This document shows positions 1 to 10,354 of a stretch of DNA of 64,000 bases, one piece after another. The notes under the pieces were generated by a model. That model searched no databases, was not told where the DNA came from, and saw only the letters and a list, made by a program, of their open reading frames with translations. Numbering within the stretch: the first letter of the stretch is position 1; every line of letters starts with the position of its first letter. Both the position numbers and the translations under genes were made by a program. Origin of the DNA: Acidobacteriota bacterium (GTDB taxonomy: Bacteria; Acidobacteriota; Blastocatellia; RBC074); the NCBI GenBank assembly GCA_016710075.1, contig JADJLO010000038.1, forward strand, positions 238,137 through 302,136. The letters run 5' to 3'.

Positions 1-712
<712 letters not shown>

Positions 713-754
713 TTTCAGCCTCCAAAAGGAGTATAAAGATTAAAGTTGTCTTTT

Positions 755-1597
755 TTATGGAGTTTCGGTCAGCAAAGATCTGGCGGCCCACAGTTCCGGG
801 AAAAACTTTTTATCGAGGGTCATTTTGAGATAGGAGGAGCCGCTGCTTCCTCCGGTTCCCATCTTGATGCCGATGGTCCGCTCGACCATCTGGATATGGC
901 GCAGTCGCCAACTGACAATCAGTTCATCGAATTCCGTCAACCGCTCGCAGACATCGATCCAGTCGCGATGGCTTTTCTCGTCGCGGTAGATGGCGAGAAT
1001 TGCCTGAGCGCGCGCATCGAATCGCTGCTCATCACCTGCATTTTCAGCCAGAGCGGGCATGATACCAAGTTCGGAGAGAGCGTCGAAGATGACATCCCGC
1101 AAAGAAGGTTCCCGCAGGCGGCGTTCAAGCTGCGCATACATCTCCGGAGTCGGCTCATGATAGCGCAGCATCTTTTCATCCTTGAGCCCGCACAGGAATT
1201 CGATCTCGCGAAACTGTTCGGATTGAAACCCGCTCGCCGGGCGAAGCCCTCCCCGGAAAGCCAGAAAATGGGTCGGCAGCATCGTCTCAAGTATCGTGAA
1301 CTGCTCAACCAGGACTCTCGCGATTTCGGTGCAGCGACGCAACAGCCTTGCGGCCTCGTAAATATAATCTCTCGACGACGGGGTGCCGGCAGACTGCCGC
1401 AGGTTATGCACCACTGCATCCAGTTCGTGAAGCAACTGCTTGAACCAGAGTTCATAGGTCTGATGAATGATGATGAAAAGCATCTCATCGTGATGCGGCG
1501 GCTGCGATTCGGTCTGCTGAAGACCGATCAGCTCGGCAACTTTCAGATATGAACCATATGTAAGCTGACCCGGGCCTGTTTCTGACGGCGCCTGCAT
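755..1597 (-). CDS. kynA: tryptophan 2,3-dioxygenase
   Basis: 280-aa ORF (LTYGSYLKV...HDEMLFIIIHQTYELWFKQ...) of typical bacterial TDO length and sequence character; immediately upstream of and co-oriented with kynureninase (42-nt gap). Confidence 0.8.
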   Translation of the reverse strand: MQAPSETGPGQLTYGSYLKVAELIGLQQTESQPPHHDEMLFIIIHQTYELWFKQLLHELDAVVHNLRQSAGTPSSRDYIYEAARLLRRCTEIARVLVEQFTILETMLPTHFLAFRGGLRPASGFQSEQFREIEFLCGLKDEKMLRYHEPTPEMYAQLERRLREPSLRDVIFDALSELGIMPALAENAGDEQRFDARAQAILAIYRDEKSHRDWIDVCERLTEFDELIVSWRLRHIQMVERTIGIKMGTGGSSGSSYLKMTLDKKFFPELWAARSLLTETP

Positions 1598-1633
1598 TTT
1601 AAAACTCTCCTTTTCGTCATCTTTTTAATTTTC

Positions 1634-1892
1634 TTGTAACTGCTCAGCCCCTGTTCTTTAGATTAAATGGGAATAAAGGTCTTTTTCAACGCCAAGAGAG
1701 CCAAGAGCGCCAAGAGGATTCAGGGAGTGATTCATTATTTACTTTTAAAACCGGCTAAAATCGAGATGTCAGGCCAAATCATGGGCTATCCATCCTTGGC
1801 GTTCTTGGCTCTCTTGGCGTTCTTGGCGTTGAAAAAGACCTTTATTTACACGAAATCCATCAAATACTAAAGACCAGGGCTGAGCAGTTACA
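1634..1892. repeat. nested inverted-repeat element: outer IR GTAACTGCTCAGCCCCTG / CAGGGCTGAGCAGTTAC, inner ~46-bp IR arms built from GCCAAGAG-type repeats (family A hairpin element)
   Basis: Seen directly: ~1634-1653 pairs with ~1875-1892; ~1673-1718 (AATAAAGGTCTTTTTCAACGCCAAGAGAGCCAAGAGCGCCAAGAGGA) pairs with ~1793-1847. A related GTAAYTGCTCAGCCC hairpin occurs at ~48161-48219. Confidence 0.7.
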
Positions 1893-1909
1893 TTTACTTT
1901 ATCTTCCTC

Positions 1910-2962
1910 TTACTCACCGAATTTGAAGATTGATCCATTCGTGCCGACCACCCAGCCGCATTTCGGATTGAGGAAGAAAAGTCGTGTCAGGTTTGATCGC
2001 GTGCCGGGTGATTGGTCCTCCCAGGTTCGCCCTCCGTCGATTGTGTGGAGTAGAAGCCCACGGTCGCCGGCAACCCATCCTTCTTCCGGGTTGATAAAAA
2101 AAATGTCATTAAAGCTTTGAGACTGATCGGATTTGAGAGTCGCCCAGCGCAAGCCGCCGTCGGTTGTGGCAATGATGGCGCCATCAGCTCCTGCAGCCCA
2201 GCCGCGTTTCGAATCGATAAACCGGATGGATCTTAATGCGGCCGTAACGCCTGATCTCTGCTCATTCCAGTTGAGCCCTCCATCCTTGCTGTAGAGTATT
2301 GTTCCGCCGGAACCTGCTATCCAAATGTTCCGCTCATCGACTGCCTTGACATCGAGGAGCAGCTTTCTGACTCGCGAGTTCTGGAACTGCCATGTGCGGC
2401 CGCCATCCATGGTAGCCTGAATCGTGCCGCCCTCACCGCAGGCCCATCCCATAAGGCCGTCAACAAAGGAGGTTCTGACGAGCACGGAGTCCGGCGTCCG
2501 GTTGAAGACGGATTTCTTCGAGGGTTCGTCAAGAGCAGATGAGGGGGGCGATACGGGCCTTGCAGGTCTGCCTTCGATCCACTTGCCCCCTCCATCTTCA
2601 CTCAGCAGGATGGCGATCCTTTCGCTCCAGTCAGTTCCGGCGTCTCTGTTGAAGATACCCAATTCGCCAAGCAGAATTGCGCGGCCGCCTGGCAGAATAG
2701 CCAGATCGCGCCAATTCGAGCCCGCCTGGTTTTGAGGCAACCGATGCTTACGCCAGTTCGATCCGCCATCGTCAGTTACTATCAGAGCGCCGTTGCTGCC
2801 GGCAGCCCATCCGCGTTTTTCGTCGATGAAAATGACGGAATTGAAGCGCGCCAGCACACCGCTCGATTGCGCTTTCCAATCAGGGGACGGCTCGCTCTCA
2901 AGTCTGGCTGAAGCAGCAAAGAGCAGCATCGTGAGTATCAGGGTGAATTTGCTCAATGACAT
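1910..2962 (-). CDS. secreted BNR/Asp-box (sialidase-like) beta-propeller repeat protein, Ycf48-like
   Basis: 350 aa with N-terminal signal-like hydrophobic segment and repeated ...DGG.sW... / GG.tW motifs (TDDGGSNW, SEDGGGKW, TMDGGRTW, SKDGGLNW, TTDGGLRW, TIDGGRTW) typical of BNR repeats. Confidence 0.6.
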   Translation of the reverse strand: MSLSKFTLILTMLLFAASARLESEPSPDWKAQSSGVLARFNSVIFIDEKRGWAAGSNGALIVTDDGGSNWRKHRLPQNQAGSNWRDLAILPGGRAILLGELGIFNRDAGTDWSERIAILLSEDGGGKWIEGRPARPVSPPSSALDEPSKKSVFNRTPDSVLVRTSFVDGLMGWACGEGGTIQATMDGGRTWQFQNSRVRKLLLDVKAVDERNIWIAGSGGTILYSKDGGLNWNEQRSGVTAALRSIRFIDSKRGWAAGADGAIIATTDGGLRWATLKSDQSQSFNDIFFINPEEGWVAGDRGLLLHTIDGGRTWEDQSPGTRSNLTRLFFLNPKCGWVVGTNGSIFKFGE

Positions 2963-2978
2963 TTTTTATTAACCGATT

Positions 2979-3468
2979 TCACTGTGCGATAACACGCATC
3001 CACGCCGCCAGCGACACCAGACCCATGAATTTATCGATCGTTTTGAATTTGTTACCTGGAACGATGATCGTGTCACCCGGCGCCAGAAAGAGGTCGCGAG
3101 CCTTGCCGCTCTCGACATCCTTGATATTGACCTTGATCGGAACAGTCTGGCCGCCGGACTGCAAACGCAGGATGTTGACATTCTTCCGGTCACCGAATTT
3201 TGTTATGTAACCGGCTTTCGCCAGGGCTTCGGTGAGGCTCATCCGGCGCGTCATCTCATAAATCCCGGGAGTCACCACGTCGCCGACCACCTGTGGTCGT
3301 AAAAAAATTGTTAATATAGGGCAGGACCGCCGCCTCTGCCTCGGTCGAATCTTCACGACGCAAGCCCTGGCGTTCCGCTTCAGTTACGGGTTTTCCGCCC
3401 ACAGGCTGTTGTGCCCGCACATCCGGCGCCAGCAGTAAAATCAGCAAGACTATGCCTGTATACTTCAT
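2979..3468 (-). CDS. polysaccharide export protein (Wza/SLBB-domain family), reading frame broken at a T7/A7 homopolymer (~3302-3308); possible pseudogene, phase-variable gene or sequencing indel
   Basis: Track ORFs 3256..3468 (signal peptide MKYTGIVLLILLLAPDVRA...) and 2979..3356 (…VVGDVVTPGIYEMTRRMSLTEALAKAGYIT…PGDTIIVP, SLBB-like) overlap in different frames. Removing one T from the TTTTTTT run joins them into a ~162-aa signal-peptide + SLBB protein. Confidence 0.55.
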
Positions 3469-3516
3469 CGCCTGATTAACCTCTTTGAACTTTAGACATT
3501 AAACTTTGAACTTCCC

Positions 3517-4989
3517 TTACCTGCCATACCCGATTAACACGATCTTGATGGATTTGAAAATTATCCATGCATCAAAAAGCAGGGATGTATTTTTGATGTA
3601 ATAGAGATCGTACTGAAGTTTTTGTATGGCGTCCTCCACCGAGGCGCCGTATCCATAATTGACCTGGGCCCAGCCGGTCAGCCCGGGTTCGACCAGATGG
3701 CGTTGCGAATAAAACGGGATCTGCGTTGTCAACTGATCGACGAAAAACGGCCTCTCCGCGCGCGGGCCGACAAAGCTCATCTCACCGCGAATTATATTGA
3801 TGAATTGGGGAATCTCGTCGATTCGGGTCTTGCGGATGAAATTGCCGACCCTGGTGATGCGCGGATCCCTTTTTAAGGCCCACTGAGGCGTGCCGTCTTT
3901 TTCAGCATCGGTTCTCATAGAGCGAAATTTGATAATTCTGAAAATCCGTCCGTTCTTGCCGACGCGCTCCTGAGTGTAAAAGACCGGGCCTTGTGATTCG
4001 ATTTTTATGGCAAGAGCTGTGAGCAAAGCAAGGGGCATGGAGAGTAACACGCCGATGAAAGCGGCGGTAAAATTGAAGAGCCTGCGCAGCAGGTTCCCGG
4101 CCGTTCGCCTCTTGCCGCCGCCTGAAAAGATGACCCAGCTCGGGCGCAGCATTTCAATCTTGATTTTGCCGGTCAGTTTTTCATAAAGCGACGTGCCTTC
4201 CTCGATTGCGGCGCTCCCCTGAAGTCTTATCTGAAGCAGTTGATCCACCGGCATATGGCCGCGTCGATCCTGAAGCGCAACGACGACTCGATCGATATTC
4301 TCCTTTTCAACGATACTGATCAGATCGCCGACGACGCCAAGCACTGAGGGGTTGATCAGACTCTTGCCGACCAGCGCCGGATCCTCGGAGACGAATCCGA
4401 CGACCTTGTAGCCAAGGTCTTTTCTCAGCATGGCTTCGTGCGCGACTTCGCGCGCCAGATTGTCCGTCCCAATGATCAGTAACCTTTCGCCGAGCAGCGG
4501 GTGCCTCATCAGCCAGTGAATAACCAGCCGCCAGCAGATCATCATCAACAATGCGAGAATCATCGCAATCAGCGGGACACCGTTTGCGTAATGGCCAACG
4601 CCTCGCCCTTCAATCTCCTGCAGGTAGCCTATCAGCAGGGTCGGCCTCAGCATGAAAATCAGCCCCAGAATGAGGATCGCCACTCCTACCGCCTGAAAAA
4701 TATCGGTCAGCAGCTCACGTCGCAGCCGCGGTTTGGAAACATCATAAAGATCGAAAAGATAGAAGATGAACTGACAAATGAAGGTGGTAAAGAAGATCTT
4801 ATATATCCCGCGCTGCTCGAAGAGGACGGAGCCGGCGAAGCTTCCAAACCTCAGATAAAGACCAAGCAGAACGATCGTGAAGATGATTGCCGTCTCCACA
4901 AGAAGAAGTGTGAGGGTTTTAATTAATATTCCTCGGCGTCCCATAGTGCCACCAAGCGTCCGCTGAATGACGTCACGCCAGATCGTCAT
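3517..4989 (-). CDS. exopolysaccharide biosynthesis polyprenyl glycosylphosphotransferase (bacterial sugar transferase, WbaP/EpsB-like)
   Basis: 490 aa; N-terminal TM segments, central NAD-binding-like region and C-terminal sugar-transferase block (…PRITRVGNFIRKTRIDEIPQFINIIRGEMSFVGPRAERP…) characteristic of the family. Confidence 0.85.
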   Translation of the reverse strand: MTIWRDVIQRTLGGTMGRRGILIKTLTLLLVETAIIFTIVLLGLYLRFGSFAGSVLFEQRGIYKIFFTTFICQFIFYLFDLYDVSKPRLRRELLTDIFQAVGVAILILGLIFMLRPTLLIGYLQEIEGRGVGHYANGVPLIAMILALLMMICWRLVIHWLMRHPLLGERLLIIGTDNLAREVAHEAMLRKDLGYKVVGFVSEDPALVGKSLINPSVLGVVGDLISIVEKENIDRVVVALQDRRGHMPVDQLLQIRLQGSAAIEEGTSLYEKLTGKIKIEMLRPSWVIFSGGGKRRTAGNLLRRLFNFTAAFIGVLLSMPLALLTALAIKIESQGPVFYTQERVGKNGRIFRIIKFRSMRTDAEKDGTPQWALKRDPRITRVGNFIRKTRIDEIPQFINIIRGEMSFVGPRAERPFFVDQLTTQIPFYSQRHLVEPGLTGWAQVNYGYGASVEDAIQKLQYDLYYIKNTSLLFDAWIIFKSIKIVLIGYGR

Positions 4990-4999
4990 CGTGCATCAT

Positions 5000-5989
5000 T
5001 CAGAGCCGCATTATCCTTCCGATAAAACTCCGGCGAATTCTGTCGATCGCCTTATCTCGCACCCGTTGGCGCCGCTTTTCCCTGTCCGAATAATTGTAGT
5101 AATAATCATAGTACCCCGTATCCCTGATATTCTCGGCTCCGTTGAGGACGACGCCGAGGATCCGACCGGCCGGAAGGGAGTCAATGGCTTTTTCAATAGT
5201 GTCGTAATCGGCCATTCCCGCCCTTATCACCAGCAGGACTGAATCCGAATGGTTTGCCAGCAATCCGGCATCGGCAAAGGGGAGCACCGGGGGCGAATCG
5301 ATCAGAATGAAATCGTAATAATCGCGCAGTGAGGCAATAGTTTCGGCAAGTTTGCTGCTCGAAAGCGCTTCAGTCGGATTTTCAGTCTCGCGACTCGCCG
5401 GAAGAATGTCCAGCCCGGCAGTTTCAAGCCTGATCACGGCTTCTTTCAGATCGCACTGCGAACTTAACAACTCGCCGAGCCCTTTTGAAACCCTCAGCCC
5501 CAGATAAGCGCTGATGTTGGGCCTTCTCAAATCCCCGTCGATAACCAGCACTCTTTTCTCTTTTGATTGAGCGATCGCAATCGCCAGGTTGAGAGCCGTC
5601 GAGGTCTTCCCTTCACCGGCAATAGCGCTGCTCACCGTCAGCACTTTGACGTCCTTCTTTTGAGCATCGTGAAAAATCCTGGTTCTGAGAGTTTTGAACT
5701 GTTCGCACTCGGGGGCAAGCGGCTGTGTCAGCATGATCAGCCGCGGATGCAGGTGAGAGATGACGATTTTTTCGATCCTGTCAACTTGAAGTACGATGGT
5801 GCGGGGATTTACCGGCGCTTGTCTGAGGACGGGGCCGGCGGGAGCTCCAATCGCACTCGATAATTCCAGATCTTCGTAATCATCAGATTCGGCAGGCGCG
5901 GCAATTGGCGTTTCGGCCGGCCGGCCTTCCTCATCCTGATCATTGATTTCCTGCCGCCGGCGCTTGAGCGCCTCAAAGATTCTGGTCAT
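5000..5989 (-). CDS. polysaccharide biosynthesis tyrosine autokinase (BY-kinase, CpsD/CapB-like)
   Basis: 329 aa with Walker A in …VSSAIAGEGKTSTALNLAIAIA…, Walker A' VLVIDGDLRRP and C-terminal Y-rich cluster (GYYDYYYNYSD) typical of BY-kinases. Confidence 0.8.
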   Translation of the reverse strand: MTRIFEALKRRRQEINDQDEEGRPAETPIAAPAESDDYEDLELSSAIGAPAGPVLRQAPVNPRTIVLQVDRIEKIVISHLHPRLIMLTQPLAPECEQFKTLRTRIFHDAQKKDVKVLTVSSAIAGEGKTSTALNLAIAIAQSKEKRVLVIDGDLRRPNISAYLGLRVSKGLGELLSSQCDLKEAVIRLETAGLDILPASRETENPTEALSSSKLAETIASLRDYYDFILIDSPPVLPFADAGLLANHSDSVLLVIRAGMADYDTIEKAIDSLPAGRILGVVLNGAENIRDTGYYDYYYNYSDREKRRQRVRDKAIDRIRRSFIGRIMRL

Positions 5990-6034
5990 AAATGAAAGTA
6001 CTCAGGTTCGATTTCGAATAGACGAGGGGCCTGT

Positions 6035-7003
6035 TTAATCGCGCTTGTTGAAGCGCCCGGCAGATCTTCTGCGGACCGGCTTTATCTCCGATACTTTTGA
6101 TTCAGCCGGATGCTCCTCCTCTTCCCACCAGTCATCGAGCTGATCGGCATTTATCGAGAGAACTGGGGCTGCGTCTACTGCCCCGGCGTGAAGCGGAGGA
6201 GGCGCCAGATCGAGTGACTCGCAGACATCTGAAACAATCCCAGCGGTGATCAGCTTTTTATGCATCGCATAACCGCTGACCAGCGCATTGTCGCATATAT
6301 TGTTGATCAATCGTGGAATTCCTTCCGACGCCCGGCCAATGAGATCGATCGCATCTGAAGTGAAAAGGTCTAATCTCGCCGCGCCGGCCACCTTCAACCG
6401 CTTGCGAAGATAACCTGAGACCTCGTCCGACTTGAGCGGCTTGATCTCGCATCTCAGGCTGATCCGCTGCTTGAGCTGGCGCAGGCCCGGGTGATTCAGT
6501 TTTTCACGCAGTTCCGGCTGTCCCGAAAGGATTATCTGCAACTGTTTCTCCGTGTCGGTCTCAAAATTGAGCAACAGTCTGATCTCTTCAAGAAGTTCGC
6601 GTGAAAGCCCCTGGGCTTCATCGACGATCAGAACCGTCCTCAAACCCCTCGAATGCCTGACCGCCAGCATTTTGCCCAGCCTGATCAGCAGATCCGATTT
6701 GGACTTGTGTTCGTCGATGGCGAAATCACCGGCAATGTTGTGGTAAAACTCATCCACGCTCAGGCCCGGATTGACGATATTCGATGTCAGCACACTGCGA
6801 TCGAGCCGCGACATTATCGCTCTGATTACCGTAGTCTTCCCCGTGCCGACCTCTCCTGTCGCCACAATCAACCCCTTGCCATGCTGGATGCCGTATTGAA
6901 GATTCGCCAGGACTTCTCGATGACTCGGCGTGTAATAGAGAAAACGAGGATCGGGCGTCAGGCTGAAGGGAATCGATTTTAGACCGTAATATTGAAGATA
7001 CAT
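6035..7003 (-). CDS. ExeA-like AAA ATPase (secretion/EPS-locus associated, EpsE-like)
   Basis: 322 aa; …GLIVATGEVGTGKTTVIRAI… P-loop and overall resemblance to the general secretion pathway protein A / PEP-CTERM-locus ATPase family; 6 nt from the next gene. Confidence 0.7.
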   Translation of the reverse strand: MYLQYYGLKSIPFSLTPDPRFLYYTPSHREVLANLQYGIQHGKGLIVATGEVGTGKTTVIRAIMSRLDRSVLTSNIVNPGLSVDEFYHNIAGDFAIDEHKSKSDLLIRLGKMLAVRHSRGLRTVLIVDEAQGLSRELLEEIRLLLNFETDTEKQLQIILSGQPELREKLNHPGLRQLKQRISLRCEIKPLKSDEVSGYLRKRLKVAGAARLDLFTSDAIDLIGRASEGIPRLINNICDNALVSGYAMHKKLITAGIVSDVCESLDLAPPPLHAGAVDAAPVLSINADQLDDWWEEEEHPAESKVSEIKPVRRRSAGRFNKRD

Positions 7004-7008
7004 ATTAA

Positions 7009-8601
7009 TCAGTTATCTCCCGCGACCATGCTCAGTACGCCCGAGAGCCTGATAGCCTGGTACAAAGCCGGGATCGCCGCTGAAATCAGAATTATAACAG
7101 CCAGGATTTTGGCCGTTGCCATGACAGGCTGCCAGCGCCTCTCCTGTGGAGTCGAGATTCTCGGCACGGCGGCCAGCAGCGGCAGCTTCGCATAATGGGC
7201 CACATCACGAGCGTCACGGATGGTCATCAAAGCCCTGACTTCAAAAGCAGCGGCAGCGATCAGCCCCGAAAGCAAGCCGATAAAGAGAGAGAGCGGGTAG
7301 AGAGCCCTCCTGTTGGGAGATGCCGGGACCTCGGGCAGTCCGGCCGGATCCGACATCCTGAAGGTCTCGCCGCTAAAGTCGTTGATCACCCTGGCGCTGA
7401 ATTTTGCATTGTCTCTCATGGCGAGAAGGTCTTCGTATCTCTTGCGAAGTGTTGTGTAATCCCGTTCGATCCTCGTCGCTTCGGTGGCCAGCAGCGGTGT
7501 GGAACGCAGGCGAGACTGCAGCTCGGCATATTGCCTGTTGGTCTGCTCAAGCTCGGCCTCCTTTCTAATCAGATCTCTTTTGTCCGCTGCGATACGAATC
7601 TCCATCCCCGAGATTTGAGAATTCCCTCTGCGCGCCGATCTTCTGGCCTGGCGATCCTGCTCAATCCTGTTTCTCAGATCGTCCATCTCTTTATTGATTG
7701 ACTCTATCTGGACGCGGACCTTGATTACTTCGGGGTTCTTCTCGGTATAGGTGGTGAGCAGTTGTTTGAGTTGTGATTCAAGGTCGGCGCGTCTCGACCG
7801 GAGTTGTCCCTCGGTCTGCCCCGCTGATACAGGGACATCCGGCATCTCGGAATCCTGGGTTTTCAAAGTGGTCAGCAGTTGCTCATTCGTAGCTGTCTGA
7901 CTGCGCAGCGTATCGATCGACGATTGTTGAGACTGTCTGATCATGCCGAGGCTGTTCATCTGGCCGATCATATTCTGCTCCTGCCCCGGCAGGGCATCCG
8001 GATTTCTGACCAGGTATCCGGCCCGGGCCGACTCGATTTTCTCAAGCTCGCCTTTGACCTCGTTGATTCTCCCTTCCAACTGGTCGATCGTGGTATAAAC
8101 CTGCCGGCGAGTCTCATCAGAGTTGGCATCGATGAATCTGGCCGCCAGTTCCGCCGTCACGTCTCTCACCGTTCGCGGATCGGTCCCCCTGAACGATATC
8201 GAGAAGGCATAGACTCCCGCACTCGCGCTGAAAGGCTTGACCGTGATGTGTCTGAGCATCTCTTCTATCACCAGTTCGATCGGAGCGTTGCGGCGGGCCA
8301 TCTCCTGATAAAGTCCGAACCGGCCGATGATCCTTTGAAGTTCCGTGCGGCTCGTTACCTGCTTCTGAATCGTGCTCAGCCTCGAATTGAGATCTATCTG
8401 ATTGACCGGTTGAACGTATGCGGATGAAACCTTTGGCGGATCGACGATGATCACCGTCGTCGATTCATAGATGTCGGGCAACTTTCTGACGGCATAGCCC
8501 AGAGCCGCAGTCACGATGATAAACGGAACCAGGACGTAGTACCGCCTCACCCACAAAAGCTGCAGATACTCCGCCGGTGTCCTGATTCTTAAAGCCGCCA
8601 T
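7009..8601 (-). CDS. polysaccharide chain-length determinant (Wzz/GumC-family co-polymerase) with long coiled-coil periplasmic region
   Basis: 530 aa; N-terminal TM (YYVLVPFIIVTAALGYAV), Wzz-like start (…IYESTTVIIVDP…), long Q/E/R-rich coiled-coil, C-terminal TM. Confidence 0.75.
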   Translation of the reverse strand: MAALRIRTPAEYLQLLWVRRYYVLVPFIIVTAALGYAVRKLPDIYESTTVIIVDPPKVSSAYVQPVNQIDLNSRLSTIQKQVTSRTELQRIIGRFGLYQEMARRNAPIELVIEEMLRHITVKPFSASAGVYAFSISFRGTDPRTVRDVTAELAARFIDANSDETRRQVYTTIDQLEGRINEVKGELEKIESARAGYLVRNPDALPGQEQNMIGQMNSLGMIRQSQQSSIDTLRSQTATNEQLLTTLKTQDSEMPDVPVSAGQTEGQLRSRRADLESQLKQLLTTYTEKNPEVIKVRVQIESINKEMDDLRNRIEQDRQARRSARRGNSQISGMEIRIAADKRDLIRKEAELEQTNRQYAELQSRLRSTPLLATEATRIERDYTTLRKRYEDLLAMRDNAKFSARVINDFSGETFRMSDPAGLPEVPASPNRRALYPLSLFIGLLSGLIAAAAFEVRALMTIRDARDVAHYAKLPLLAAVPRISTPQERRWQPVMATAKILAVIILISAAIPALYQAIRLSGVLSMVAGDN

Positions 8602-8957
8602 CTGTTCGTCTCTCTTGATGTTTCTTTCGCGCCCTTGAGAGACTGTGACACGTCAAGGGCGTTCTCGCTCCGGTGATTATAGCTGAGGCAGCGCATCAAG
8701 GTCGAGACCGATATTTTTGGCCGGCTTAAAGTTCACCGGGAGGCGCGAATGGCGGAATCGCTCTCTCCCTGGCGGCGCCAGGCGATGGCCTTTGTCCAGG
8801 ATGTCGCGGGAGGCGTCGTCGCTTGCCCGCATGAATCCGGAGCCGATCGCGACTCTATGTTACACGGCTGAGTGAGAATTCCGGTTGACCGATCCGGACG
8901 GCTAATGTCTCATGATCAAGAAGGAGTTCACGGTTCTCATTTCACGAAAGGACCAAT

Positions 8958-10250
8958 TTGCCGAAATCGGATAATCAAGGATCGAAGGTTGAGTTGGTCC
9001 GCGCCATCGGTCGCTGGAGCCTGACAGCAGCGGTCATCAATGGAGTCATTGGCAGCGGGATCTTCGGCATGCCGTCGGCGGTGACGGGATTGGTCGGCAT
9101 CTGGAGTCCTGTCGCGGTTCTACTGGCCGGGGGCAGCATCTTTGCCGTGGTTCTGTGCTTCGCCGAGGTCGGCAGCCGGTTCGAGGATGCGGGCGGGCCG
9201 TATCTATACACCCGCGAGGCGTTCGGTCCGGCGATTGGTTTTCAAGTCGGCTGGCTGCACGTCTGGACCCGGCTGCTGTCGGCCGCCGCCGTGCTCAATA
9301 TCCTGGTCTCGTATCTCGCGCTGCTGATTCCGGCGGTCGGAACGCCTCACTGGCGCCTCTTCACGATGACGGCGGGGATGGGGCTCGTCACCTGGATCAA
9401 TGTGCGGGGAGTCCGTCAGGCGGCATGGGCCGTCAATACCTTTACCGTGGCTAAGCTGCTGCCCTTGTTTCTGCTGATTATTTTGGGAGTTTTCAGCCTC
9501 AAGCGGGAGATTCTGGCGACACAGGCCGTTGAGTCGCCAGGCTGGATCGAGGCTTTGCTGTTGCTGGTCTTTGCCTATGGCGGATTTGAATCTTCTGTCG
9601 TCACGGCCAGCGAGACTCGCGATCCGAAAAGGAACACGGCCTTCGCGCTGATCGTGGGAATGGGGACGGTGACGCTGGTTTATGGACTGGTGCAACTGGC
9701 GGTGATCGGCGTATTGCCCCACGCCGCCAGGAGTTCCACGCCAGTCGCCTCGGCCCTCGGAGAATTGCTCGGACCGGCCGGATTGGTCGTCGGCAGCCTG
9801 GCTGTCATCGTCTCTGTCTACGGTTGGCTGACAGGATTCTCGCTGACCACTCCGCGAATCCTCTACTCGATGGCGGAGCGGCGCGAACTGCCGACTTCCC
9901 TTGGCGATGTGCATCCGGTTTTCCGGACGCCGCACAAGGCCATCCTGATAAATTCGGCTGTCGCGTTGGGACTTGGTCTCTACGGCAGCTTCACCCAGAC
10001 GGCCACGTTGGCGGCAGTGACCCGGCTCGGCTATTACGGCTTGACCTGTGCTGCGTTGATTATTCTGCGCCGGCGCTCCGATCTGACGCCGGGCTTCCAT
10101 CTGCCGGGCGGCAGGGTGATCGCCATCACCGGCATTGCCTTTTGCCTCTGGCTGCTCGGCACTCGCAATCTCGCACAGGCCTGGACTCTGATGATCATCG
10201 TCGCCGTAGGCGGCCTTTTATGGCTCATCTCAAGGAGAAATGTAAATTGA
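8958..10250 (+). CDS. APC-family amino acid permease
   Basis: 430 aa, ~12 predicted TM helices, N-terminal block …AAVINGVIGSGIFGMPS… typical of APC transporters. Confidence 0.85.
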   Translation: MPKSDNQGSKVELVRAIGRWSLTAAVINGVIGSGIFGMPSAVTGLVGIWSPVAVLLAGGSIFAVVLCFAEVGSRFEDAGGPYLYTREAFGPAIGFQVGWLHVWTRLLSAAAVLNILVSYLALLIPAVGTPHWRLFTMTAGMGLVTWINVRGVRQAAWAVNTFTVAKLLPLFLLIILGVFSLKREILATQAVESPGWIEALLLLVFAYGGFESSVVTASETRDPKRNTAFALIVGMGTVTLVYGLVQLAVIGVLPHAARSSTPVASALGELLGPAGLVVGSLAVIVSVYGWLTGFSLTTPRILYSMAERRELPTSLGDVHPVFRTPHKAILINSAVALGLGLYGSFTQTATLAAVTRLGYYGLTCAALIILRRRSDLTPGFHLPGGRVIAITGIAFCLWLLGTRNLAQAWTLMIIVAVGGLLWLISRRNVN

Positions 10251-10354
10251 AAAATCAACATACCTGACAAATCTCCTTTGAACTTTGAACTTTAAACTTT
10301 AAACTCGATTGTTATCGTATTTGTAACTGGTCAATTTTCGTAGAGGCAGGTTAT

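Noticed and set aside
746-1552. Long ORFs antisense to annotated genes (746..1552+, 9204..10100-, 12600..13826+, 19403..20485+, 39519..40289+, 57119..58120-)
   Set aside because: Each overlaps a gene with clear family-level conservation on the other strand; high GC suppresses stop codons in antisense frames; no recognisable motifs.
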